Assembly: GCA_964016885.1 (NCBI GenBank) | Contig: OZ024741.1 | Coordinates: 165,726,001-165,790,000, forward strand | DNA from: Eledone cirrhosa | Lineage: Eukaryota | DNA length: 64,000 nucleotides | Reading direction: 5' to 3' | Shown: positions 25,581 through 37,099 of the stretch, piece by piece | Layout of the letters: each line of letters starts with the position of its first letter | Position numbering within the stretch: position 1 is the first letter of the stretch | Made by a program: the position numbers and the translations under genes | The notes under the pieces: model-generated | Databases searched by the model: none | Told to the model about the DNA's origin: nothing | Seen by the model: the letters and a program-made list of their open reading frames with translations, nothing else

Positions 25581-26020
25581 ATCATCATCATCATCATCAC
25601 CGTTTTACGTCCGTTCTTCCATGCTAGCATGGGTTAGACAGGTTGTCCTGTTGTGGGCAGTGTCCGGTCGGCTGACCTTGTCTTGCTCATACGGGAACTG
25701 ATTCTGGCTTGATTTCTACAGCTGGATGCCCTTCCTAACACCAACCTCATTTACAGTGAGTGCCGGGTGCTTTTTTGCCGTGGCACCTCCACGACCACCT
25801 TACAGTGTGGGCTGGGTGCTTTTTTGCCGTGGCACCTCCACGACCACTTTGCAGTGGATTGATAGGGACCCCAGTCCCTATCATTTCATTTCTACAGCTG
25901 AGTAAACTGGGGCAATGTGAAATAAGTATCTTGCTCAAGGATTCAACACATCACCTGGTCTGAGAATTGAACTCACAACCTTTCGATTGCAAGGCCAATG
26001 CTCTAACCACTAAGCCATGT
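25581..26020 (-). mobile_element. SINE family A variant with a longer RTE tail
   Basis: Family A head and centre joined to a tail matching 15220-15480. Confidence 0.88.
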
Positions 26021-26059
26021 ATATATACATATATATTTCTTCACTCAATAATAGTAATA

Positions 26060-26800
26060 ATAATAATAGTTTCTGCTATAGGTACAAGCCAGCAATTTGA
26101 AGGGAAGAAGAAAGTTCATTAAATCAACCCCAGTGCATTACTGGTGTTTTATTTTATCGAGTCCGTAAGAATGAAAGACAAAGCTAACCTCTAATAATAT
26201 TGTTTCTACTTTTGGCACAAGGCCAGCAATTACCCAGTACATTACTGGTACTTTGTTTTATCGACCCCGTAAAGATGAAAGGCAAAGTTAACCTTGGCGA
26301 GATTTGAACTCAGTCCGTAAAGGGACGTAACTCTATGCTAGAAAGCATGGCGTCTGACCCTACTGATACTGCCAATCCACTGCCCTTCATTCAATAATAA
26401 TAATGCTTATATATTTGGCACAAGGCCAGTAATTAGAAGGGGATAGCAAAGTCGACCTCAGTGCATTACTGGTACTTTATTTTATCAACCCCCATAAGGA
26501 TGAAAGGTAAAGCTAACCTCGGGAGAGTTTGAACTCAAAATATAAAGTGCCATAACTCTATGCCGCAAAGCATGGTGTCCGACGCTCCAGCGATAATGCC
26601 AATCCACCACCCTGATAATAATAATAATAATGTTTCTACTTTTGGCACAAGGCCAGCAATTATCCCAGTGCATTATTGGTACTTTATTTTATCAACTCCT
26701 GTAAGGATGGAAGGCAAAGTTAATCTCGACGGGATTTTAACTCAGACCATAAAGGGCCGTAACTCTATGCTGCAAAGCATGGCGCCCGACCTTCTACAAT
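26060..26800 (-). mobile_element. Head-to-tail cluster of four SINE family B copies
   Basis: Repeated ggcacaaggccagcaat...cagtgcattactgg units separated by (AAT)n. Confidence 0.88.
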
Positions 26801-27081
26801 AATAATAATTCTTTAAAATAGGTTACTATTACAGCAGAGGACAAAATGCCTTGCAGTATTTGTTCCAGTTCTGAATTGAAATCCCTCCAAGGTCACCCTT
26901 ACAGGCTCAATAAAATAAAGTTCCAGCTCTCTGTATTCAGATTTCATATCCTTAGGTAATAGACTTAATCTGTAGTTCAGTTTAACACCACTCCCTGGCA
27001 TTGGGTGACTTTAGAGAAGTCCATGGGCCCTCAACTCCTGATTGAATTGTAAAGGTGCCCTTATGATATGATATATCATAC

Positions 27082-27265
27082 GGTGGAGTATCGGTAGAGG
27101 GTCGGACGCCATGCTTTTACGCATAGAGTTACGGCCCTTGCCATTCTGAGTTCAAATCCCGCCGAGGTTAACTTTGCCTTTCATCCTTACGGGGGTCGAT
27201 AAAATAAAGTACCAGTAATGCACTGGGGTAATTGCTGGCCTTGTGCCAAAAGTAGAAACAATTAT
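27082..27265 (+). mobile_element. SINE family B copy (young)
   Basis: Near consensus; flanked by a ttatgatatgatatatc duplication. Confidence 0.88.
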
Positions 27266-27461
27266 GATATGATATATCTTAGGCATTTAAACTTAGTGGA
27301 TCCGATCGCTCTCCAGGCCAGAACACAACTGATATAATCCAGAGAAAGGGGAACAGAGAATGTGAGAAAGAAATGTAGAGGAAGAATTAGCCTCACCAAC
27401 TTCTCATGAAAGGCAAGCTGACTCAGAGCTCAGAGAGCCAAAACAAATACCACAAAAGATT

Positions 27462-29217
27462 CACCATGTAACAAACATTTTTTTTTCTCTGTTCCTGGCT
27501 TGTAATCACTTTTTTGTGTTGCTTAGGTCCCAAATAAATTAAAAAGAGTGCTATTAAACAGTTAAAAGTTTGGGTTTGTAAAATGTCTAAGCTATTCACT
27601 AGAATTATTTGTATGCTGGATTTTATGTTATATGTTATGTTAAATGATTTTTTTTATATATGTTTCATGTTAAATTAAAATTATAAAATAAAGAGTAATA
27701 CCTAAAGAAAATTATAAAGTGCAATAAAGTATAAAATTGTTAAAAAGTGGATTAAAGATATTTATTGATACTGGGGTACCAGAAAAAGTTCCTCACTTCC
27801 CAAACCAAAAAGAAGTCAATGACTTGGTCAGGGATATGGGTCTGACCAAGTCCAATACAGAGCTATTCGTCTCCAGGATGAAGCAGTGGAACTTAATCAA
27901 GGAGGAAGTGCAGGTGACAAGTCAGAGAAGTCGACAAACCTTTCTCAGGCTTTTACACTCTTAGGGATGGCCTCTGCTTCTGCGATGATGTGCCTGGACT
28001 GTTTGATTTTATTGGGGTGCCGCTTGTGCCTAAGGAGTGGCGGCTATTTATAGACAGTTCCACCACAAGTTTGAAGGCTGTCCTCTCCCACAATGGAAAC
28101 AAGTTCCCAACACTGCCCCTAACTCATTCAGTCTGCCTGCAGGAAGATTACTACAGTCTGAAAGTCCTCTGGTAAGCTCTGCAATACAACCAGTACAATT
28201 GGGAAATCATTGGAGACTTCAAGATGGTGGCTTTCCTGATTGGACTCCAAGGAGGCTTTATCAAATTCCAATGCTTTCTCTGCCTTTGGGACAGCAGAGC
28301 CACCTCTGACCACTACAAAAGAAAAAACTGGGAGCAGCGAACAGAATTTGTAGTTGGGACCCGGAACGTCATGTGGGAGCCACTGGTTGATCCCAGGATT
28401 GTGCTCATGCCGCCACGGCACATTAAGTTGGGGTTGATGAAGCAGTTTGTGAAGGCTCTCAACCAAGAATCAGCCGCTTTTAAGTACCTTCTTGAGTTCT
28501 TCCCCAAGTTATCTGAGGCCAAAATCAAAGGTGGAATTTTTGTTGGACCTCAGATAAAGAGTTCTCCAATAAGCTCAATAGCATTGAGAGAACAGCATGG
28601 AACTGTTTCAAGGCAGTTGTTAAGGGCTTCCTGAGCAACTACAGAGCTGAAAACTACCAGCAACTGGTGCAGGATCTGATAAAGGCTTTTGGCGCCATGG
28701 GATGCAGGATGTCGCTTAAACTCCTTATGTTGGACGCTCACCTGGAAAAATTCAATGACAATATGGGTGCCTACTCAGAAGAACAAGGCGAACGATTCCA
28801 CCAAGATGTCAAAGAGATAGAACGGAGGTACCAGGGCCACTACAATGAAAAATGATGGGGGACTATATCTGGGGGCTAGTGCGGGAATGCGACCTGAACT
28901 ACAACCGCAAATCCAGGAAATCCAGTCATTTCTGACGTGTATAAGTTGCTTTATAAGAGTTATTTGTTTTTACTTGTTTGCTTTTGATAAGCTTGTGAAA
29001 TAAAATAAATATATACTCTGTTGATTTAATTATATGAACTGATAAATTTTTTTTAAATGTGTTTTTTCTTGAAAAATATGAAAATTTCGAAATATCAAAC
29101 TCCTGACCACAAACCCACACTTCTGATTAAATAATAGTGTTTTTTTTATAATAATGGGATATAACAAACCAGTAAATGACACTTAGAACTGGGGAACAAA
29201 AAATATGTTACACGGTG
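27462..29217 (+). mobile_element. Internally deleted CMC-Chapaev3-type DNA transposon
   Basis: Left end caccatgtaaca and right end tgttacacggtg (CAC...GTG termini), the right followed by TTA; encloses the transposase remnant. Confidence 0.75.
27770..28935 (+). pseudogene. Chapaev3-type transposase pseudogene
   Basis: Motifs NDLVRDMGLTK, WRLFIDSS..SLKAVL.HNGN, IIGDFKMV.FL.GLQGG..CFLCLWDSR, PP.HIKLGLMKQFVKAL, SEEQGERFHQD..ERRYQG, spread across frames with a stop and frameshifts. Confidence 0.85.
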
Positions 29218-29904
29218 TTATGCTCTAATTATTCAGCAGTAATTATAATTGTTTCTACCTTTGACACAAGGCCAGCAATTATCCCAGTGCATTACTGGTG
29301 CTTTATTTTATCGACTCCATAAGTTAACGTCGGCGGGATTTGAACTGAGACTGTAAAGGGCCGTAACTATGCTGCAAAGCTGTAATTATAATGCTCTAAT
29401 TATTCAGTCAGAATTGTTGTCTTTAGAAGAGTCCATGCTGTTGCAAATGGGTCGTGGGTAGTTTTCTTCCCTACTTGACTAAACAGTAAAAGGTCAATAT
29501 TTTCATAGAATTAACTGCAATATATTACTGGTACATACTTTATCAAACCATCATGAAACAATGTTAGTGAAATTTACATTAAAACTATAGAAGGAACTAA
29601 AGAAGAAATTCAATGCTGACAGACATTATATTAAACATTAACTTTACAACCGACTTACTGCCCTCAATATTTTGATAGCATAATCTAGTCTCTGAGAAAA
29701 GTAGATAATACGATGGAAACAGAACTGAATATATGTAAGTGATATTGTAATTTCTCCCTCTTTACAAATAAATTAGATATAAAGAACATTAACATGTCAT
29801 GGCTGAACTCATAATTATATAAAAATCAGTTTTATAGGCTTCTATGATAGCAATCAGTTCTATATACTTCTCTGATAACAATCTGTTTTAAAATGATTAT
29901 ATAG

Positions 29905-30080
29905 CTAGTGGCAACCTCTGCCGTGCAGATGTGCCATCTTTTCTCTCTCTCTCTGCTTTCATACTGCTACTACAGGGACCTTTGCTCCACAGAGTAAACT
30001 GATTTCACTCATCCCTCCTCTCGTTGGCCTATGTGTACTCCCCGCCTACACAGCTCCCTCCACATACTAATCATCTCATT
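29905..30080 (+). mobile_element. Possible CR1/Jockey-type LINE C-terminal remnant
   Basis: Translates to ..LSYCYYRDLCSTE*..SLIPPL, resembling the SLFYRYY.G.CS.EL...PP motif. Confidence 0.4.
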
Positions 30081-30463
30081 TTTTCTTCCGCAGAACCTTT
30101 GTTTTTAAGAATTCTCACCTTTGAATATTTTTCCTTAAGTTGTCCACTTGTATTTATCCTTTTAATAGCAACCTAATCCACCCCCAAAACCACCTCTATG
30201 GAACAAAACCAACTATTTAAAAGAGTTCCAATTTTAAAATCTTGCAAATTAATTTTATATGAGAACCTTTTGTTACATTACAAATATTATCTTAAAGAAA
30301 ATTATTTCAGTAAACTCCTCCAAATTTTACATTTACTAATCCAAATTTAGTGTATTTTATTGTAAATTTTGTAACAAAAGGGTTATACCAATTACTAGTC
30401 ACAGGTGGAGTAGTTATTGCAAAGGCTATTATCATAACTCCAGACCAAAACCAATTATTTTGT

Positions 30464-30692
30464 TTAACCCTTTAGCATTCACATTACTCTATATATACTA
30501 TTATATTTTCATGGTAAAGGCTTTATCTCACATAATGATCTCACATAATATCGAATCTATGAGATTTTCAAAGTATTTATTTTGAGAACAATACCTTAAC
30601 ATCAGTTTGAGTGACCAGTTACAGCCAGTTTCTACAGAAAAAGGTAGAGAATTCTGGCCAGTTTTGGCCGGTTTGAACATTATAGGGTTAAA
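30464..30692. mobile_element. piggyBac-type MITE copy
   Basis: TTAA|ccctttagcatt...ataggg|TTAA. Confidence 0.82.
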
Positions 30693-31054
30693 TGCTTATA
30701 AAATGGGAGAAACATACATATTTAAATCTGACATCAATGTTGCTTCCACGACATATATAAACCAGTCTCTGGTCAACTAGATTTTAACTACAAGTTAGCC
30801 AAAATCAGCTCTGTTTTAAAAGATTCCTATTTAAATTAGAATCTTTCAACATAATTTTATTTAAAAACAATATGTTAAGTTACTATTTTAGTAATGAAAT
30901 AATTGATAATTTTAGTAAATCTCTCAAAAGCTGTTATTGAAATAGAGTATTTTTCATAAAAAATAGTTATGAAAAAGTTAAGTGGTTAGGAGTGATCTCA
31001 AATTGAGTCACTCATAGACGAGGTGGCTGTCAAGGGGCTCGCAATCATGAAGAG

Positions 31055-31340
31055 TTTAAGTCTGTTTTAAGCCAGAAGGCTCGTTAGGCCAGTGCTTATC
31101 CCAGTTTCATGGCATGAAGCAACTGAGAGTACAAGACTTCCCCCCTGGACAGGACACCAGTCCATCGCAGGGTTAAACCCCCAGCTATTGCTGGCACTCA
31201 TTTTCAGCTGAGTATACTGGAGCAACGTGAAATGAAGTGTTTTGCTCAAGAACATAACACGCAACCCAGCCTAGGAATCAACCCCACAATATTATGATCA
31301 TAAGTCCAACACTCTTACCACTAGGCCACACGCCTCCATA
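31055..31340 (-). mobile_element. Full-length tRNA-derived SINE family C (Meta/V-like segment)
   Basis: 13-bp TSD caatcatgaagag (31042-31054 and 31341-31353); minus strand has an A box, ttgagcaaaacacttc centre and ccctgcgatggactggtgtcctgtccagggggg. Confidence 0.85.
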
Positions 31341-31377
31341 CAATCATGAAGAGACTGTTAAAACTAATCAGCATCAG

Positions 31378-31502
31378 ACATCACGCACTAGAGATGATTG
31401 AGGATGGAAGGGATGATGACGTCACACACTAGAGATAACTGAAGATGGAAGGGGTGATGATGTCACACACTAGAGATGACTGAGGAAGGAAGAGGGTGAT
31501 GA
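31378..31502. repeat. 41-bp minisatellite, 3 copies
   Basis: tcacacactagagatgactgaggatggaaggg..gatga repeated. Confidence 0.85.
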
Positions 31503-33237
31503 AAAACTACAGAAAACAGCATCTAACATTCAATACGCATGTGTACACAATCTACATACGTATACACATACGCGTCAGTCTGTTGAAACAAATTCTAGTG
31601 ATAGTATAGATAGCAATAGGAAACACATCATCAGAGTTTAAAACTAAACTTCTGAAAGAGTTTGGAAATGTAACAATTTTTTTTTTTAATCTAGGAAAAA
31701 CTAAATGTAAAATATATATATTTTTTTAAATCATCTTCATTTATCCCTGCATGTTATAAAGGACAACTAAAAAAGTTGGCACCAGGATGAACAACTGGCT
31801 GTAAGATATTGCCATGGTGAGTATGAAGTGTGTCATAAAACTAACCCCTGATTTAAAAGGGAAAATGGTTTTAATACTTTTGATATCCAACTGTCTGAAA
31901 CCGCCCTTAGTTCTATGATACAAAAATGTTTATTTTCAATTGGTTACATCATCATCATCATCGTTTAACGTCCATTTTCCACGCTAGCATAAAAACCTTC
32001 CATCATAATTTTATGTAAGAGCCTTTGTTAATTTATATTCCAAAAAGAGAAATGCAGTTATATTACTAAATTCTTTCAATTTTTCATTATTTTCAAAATT
32101 ATTTGAAAATTATAGTGTATTTTATTAGAAGTATGGTAACAAAAGGTTTAAAATGCTTGTTGCTGTTGTATGATCATCATCATCCTTATCATAATTGTCC
32201 TTATCATTGTCCTCATCTTTATCATGCCTATCTTCATCATCATCTTCCTTATCACCATCATCACTGTCTACTTCCACATGCATGTGTATATTTTTAGTAA
32301 TAATCTGATAAAGATAATTTTTCCATTCAAAAGAGTATGTCTTTCCAGAGCTGAATCATATTTTACACATTTTTTCCATATATTTTTTATTAATTGTCAA
32401 AGAGTAAAACATAAATTTTAACTATTTCAGACAAAATTTATTGAAATCAATTATTCCATTTGTTGCCTGACACCCGAACCATATTTCATCATCCTCTTTT
32501 ACTAAAGAAAGAAATAATAAAATAATTTTAAAAGTTGTAGAATTTGTGATATCAAAGCTGCTACTCTACTATATAGCTTGATAACTGAGATAAAGTGAAT
32601 GCTCCATACCAGAGAGATAATTAGTGGTTCCATGTTAATTAAATTTAATGAGCACAGCTGAACTGAAAGGACATCTGGAAATTTAAACATATCAAATGTT
32701 GGTTGAAATAAAAAATGACAAGAGAGAGGGGGGGGGGAGACAGACAGAGTAATTGTAGTTTCTGACTATGTGTATGTCCATATATGTATGTGCTTCCCTA
32801 TTAAATGAAACAAATACTATCTTACATGTAAATTTGCCTTATCTGATAAACTAAACATACACACACCACACACATCAATGAAAACATACATACCTAAATG
32901 CATGCACACAAACACATAAACACAGACACATATACTCAAACGTTGATTTCTTATCAAATGACAAATTACAATTTCACCAAAAACATTGGAATTCCCCTTA
33001 TATTATTCCATTCACCACATTTTATATTTATTTTGTAAAATAATAATAGACAGGCATTTGTGAGTTGCCCTGTATGTACATATGATACAATGAGAAAAAT
33101 AAACTGGGAGTTTCCGCAATCTGGAAATTCCACAGATTAATTAGAAAAAGTCATCAAGTATCAATATGACATTTTAAGTTATATATATATAAACATAAAT
33201 AATATATACAGTATTTAATTACTTGCAAAATAAACTG

Positions 33238-33239
<2 letters not shown>

Positions 33240-33273
<34 letters not shown>

Positions 33274-33570
33274 TACCGTTTTACGTCCGTTCTTCCATGC
33301 TAGCATGGGTTAGACGGGTTGTCCTGTTGTGGGCAGTGTCTGGTCGGCTGACCATGCCTTGCTCATACAGGAACTGATTTGGCTTGATTTCTACAGCTGG
33401 ATGCCCTTCCTAACACCAACCTCATTTACAGTGAGTGCTGGGTGCTTTTTCGTGGCGCCTACACGTCCACTTTACAGTGTGGGCTGGGTGCTTTTTTGCC
33501 GTGGCACATCCACGACCACCTTGCGGGGGGGGGGGGGCATATTGTCAATATGCTTCAGCTTGTACCCATG
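33240..33570 (-). mobile_element. RTE 3'UTR remnant
   Basis: Near-identical to 15220-15533; long (CAT)n. Confidence 0.88.
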
Positions 33571-34916
33571 AATAAATTTATCAAATGACAGAAACTATCA
33601 AAATGGAATATTTTACTTATAATTTAAAGATAAACAATTTTGTACAGTATAGCTTTAAAAAAACATTTCCATACTAGAACGGACGTAAAACGATGATGAT
33701 GATGATGATATATATATGAAGAAGAGAATTGGCTGTGTAGTTACTAGATAAGGTATGCTTAAAAATAATTTTCTACTTTAGGCACAAGGCCAGCAATCAT
33801 ACAGTGCATTACTGGTACTTTATTTTATCGACCCCGTAAGGCAAAGTTAACCTCGGCAGGATTTGAACTCAGATCGTAAAGGGACATAACTATGCTGAAA
33901 AGCATGGCGTCCGACCCTCTACCGATACTGCCAATCCACCGCCCCTTAAAAATAATAAGAAGTAAGCAAGAATGGGAGAATTTTTCCTCATCAGTTGTTT
34001 GCTGGGGGTCTCAGATATTTCTACGCATTAAAGACAAGATATCTACCCCCAGTGCGTTCAATAACTAGGTAAGTTATTGGGAAAACAAAGGAGGGAGGGA
34101 AAGAAAATATAGCATAACAGAAGGGAAAAGGGAAGAAAAGAGAAAAGAGAAAAACAGCGATTAAAAGCGAAAAAAACGGGAAACAAGAAACCGAAGAGTG
34201 TGTGAGCAGCTTGAAGAGAGAAAATTCAAGTCCACGACGATTACTGAACATAAGTTCTAGATTGTGCGGACGAGCAAAAAGACACGCCTGACCCCTGCAA
34301 GTGTGAGTGAGAAAAGGAGTGCTAGAGGGTCAGGCGAGGGAAACAATGAGGTGCTAGCACGGAGAGGGTGAGTGAAAGTGAGAGAAAGAAAGAGGGGGAA
34401 AAGAAGATAGCAACAAAATAGGTAGGTAGAAGGAGAGAGAAGACGGATCACAGCGAAACATGATAAAATATATGGAGAATAGGATTGGCTGTGTGGTTGC
34501 TAGTTAAGGTATGCTTAAAAATAAGAATATATATAACAAATTTAATATAGAAATGGCTTCTACAGGACTAGAACGGTTTCATTCAAAGGAAATCATTTCA
34601 TGATTTCCTTCAAGTAGAGCAGTTCTAGTCCTGTAGAAGCCATTTCTATATTAAGTTTGTTATATACACTCTACTAATGTATTGAGTACCTTACTTACTG
34701 TGGTTACCCCCAATTGGACGTGGGACGTGTGTGTGTGTGCACGTGTGCGTGCGTGCATGTGCGTGACACAATAGTAAGTCAGATTTACAGCTTGTTATGA
34801 AACTTTATTGCATATAACAACTGTTTCCATATAAATCAGCTCCGATTTGATCAGGCAATCGGATCCTGATTCTTAATCAACACCTCTTCAGATATGTGAT
34901 ATATTATAAAGAGCCA

Positions 34917-35007
34917 GGACCCTGATGGTTGAGCTCCTGCTATTTCCACAGCCAGTTCCAATCTGGAACTGGCTGTTGAAATGGCAAGAGCTCAGCCATC
35001 AGGGTCC
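34917..35007. repeat. 44-bp-stem GC-rich hairpin
   Basis: ggaccctgatgg...ccagttcca-atc-tggaactgg...ccatcagggtcc; 2 mismatches and 2 G:U pairs on the + strand. Confidence 0.9.
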
Positions 35008-35245
35008 CAACACTTTATAGTATGGCTATACTCTACTATCCCAAGTATTAAGTACTCTGTTGAGTAATGGTCTAATCAATTTCTAACTGAATCCATCCTG
35101 ATATATATATATATGTATATGTATATGTATGTGTGTGTACATATATATATAACTCACTCGATATGCAAATTAGGCTGCTAGAGCCGTTAATATACATAAG
35201 GAAAGTATATACTTTCAAACATTCAATCATCTGACAGGAAGGTAT

Positions 35246-35288
35246 ACGATGCTGACGATAGCTAATAAGCTTGAAACTGGTTCATCGT
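35246..35288 (+). ncRNA. Minimal type-I hammerhead ribozyme motif
   Basis: acgatg-CTGACGA-t agct aata agct t-GAAA-ctgg-tt-catcgt; 6-bp stem I, intact core boxes. Confidence 0.68.
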
Positions 35289-35629
35289 TCCTTTGTCAAT
35301 GTTGAACAAAAGGGGGATGATGGTTGCCGAACACTGTACGGAGTAATTTGGGCTGTTTGTTTACAAACAAACCGAACGTTATAATAAATGTTCGGTAAAC
35401 CCATATGTACATATATATATCTGTGTGCATGTATGTATATACATACTACTGTACGTCTGTCTACATATATGTATGTACGTATACATACTTATATTTAAGT
35501 ATCAGCCGTACTAAGAGTGAGAAATGAAATTTTGTTTCATTCTTTTCCATATATATATATAAATGAAGTAATTCCGTCGGAAAAGTCCAGGAAAAAAGAG
35601 TGCTCTATGTAGGTAACAGAGCTTAATGG

Positions 35630-35778
35630 TATGTAATAAACAACATAAGGCAATTATTTCATTTACCAGTGGTTTCTTAAAAGCAAAAAAATGTTGCTTT
35701 CAATGATTGAAAGCAAAATTTTTTTGCTTTTAAGAAACCACTGGTAAATGAAATAATTGCCTTATGTTGTTTATTACA

Positions 35779-35780
<2 letters not shown>
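35630..35780. repeat. 151-bp near-perfect palindrome
   Basis: 75-bp arms, single central base at 35705, one mismatch. Confidence 0.95.
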
Positions 35781-35846
<66 letters not shown>

Positions 35847-35849
<3 letters not shown>

Positions 35850-36575
35850 GTGTATATATATATAAAGACAAAGTTTTCTGTATGTGTGTGTGGACAATTT
35901 TTAATGAAGGCTCATATATTCTAAACCATTCATGCAATTTCTTTGAAATTTTTTACAGAGCTTCTCCTTGCACAAAACCTGTACATGATCTACAAAGGCT
36001 TTCACAAATCGATATTGGAGCTTTTGGAGACATTAAAAAAATGTTGGTTATTTATGTCAATATCCGTGATTAAGTAAGACAAGAGTTATCTTTCGTAATT
36101 TGGCTCATTCGGATTTTAATTTACTCTTTCTACTTGATACCAAATGTACGCTTCCTTGAGATATCATTTTGTATATTTCACAACCAGCAATTTCTAACAG
36201 ATTACTAAGTTAAGTTATAGATTTGACGTATAATTTATCGTTTCAAGCTTGATGTTCATACATTAAGTGATGTCATAACCTTTACAATATTATGCTTTGT
36301 ACATAATAGTGTCTATTATTCACTTCACTTCTCTATATCATGATGCGCTTTTACTGTTGTCTAAAAAATGTATACCTAGACTGGATTTCTGTTGATACAT
36401 GGTATAACGGATGACACCGAGCTCACATATTAATTATTTCGCTGGAATAGTGCCTAAGGTTTTCATGTTTACATAAAGTACGTTTTTCTTCTATGTATTC
36501 AAATTTACTTTGTTTAGTTTAATGAGCTACATCGAAAGCTACTTGAACCGTCCAAAGGACGGGTAGTTTAGCTAG
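35847..36575 (+). mobile_element. Non-autonomous Helitron
   Basis: 5' A|TC..tatatataaa; subterminal hairpin ccgtcc-aaa-ggacgg (36548-36562); 3' CTAG|T at 36572-36576; no TSD. Confidence 0.72.
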
Positions 36576-37099
36576 TATATATATATATGTAAACTAGTAT
36601 ATATATATATGTAAACACAGTAAGTAAGGTACTCAATATATTAGTAGGGTATATACAAAATTTAATATAGAAATGGCTTCTCGGGACTAGACAGTTTCAT
36701 TTGAAGGAAATCATCAGGAAAGCCTATATATATAAATATATATAATATTATTATACTCTGCTCCAAAGGAGCATAGAGTGCTCAACCAGCATACCACCAA
36801 TGGACGCATCCAAGCAGCTTTACTACAAATATATATATATATATGTCTTTGCACCTTTCATTGAAAGGTGTTTTTAACACAATTCTATAGAAAATGTTTA
36901 GAAATCATACTGTAATTTTTTCTATTGCATTTGATTTCACCTTCCATCTCCAAAAAGCATCGAAGACTCACAAATTCTGATCTTTTGTGAAAAATTTCAA
37001 ACAGTTGTAATTGGTTATTAAATTTTCCTCCAAAAGACATAGCACACCTGGAACCATCAATCTAAGAGGACATATTTTCTATAAGGGACAAACCAATTT

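Noticed and set aside
30078-30093. Strong splice acceptor ttttttcttccgcag
   Set aside because: Lies at the end of a probable LINE remnant, with no open exon or donor identified downstream.
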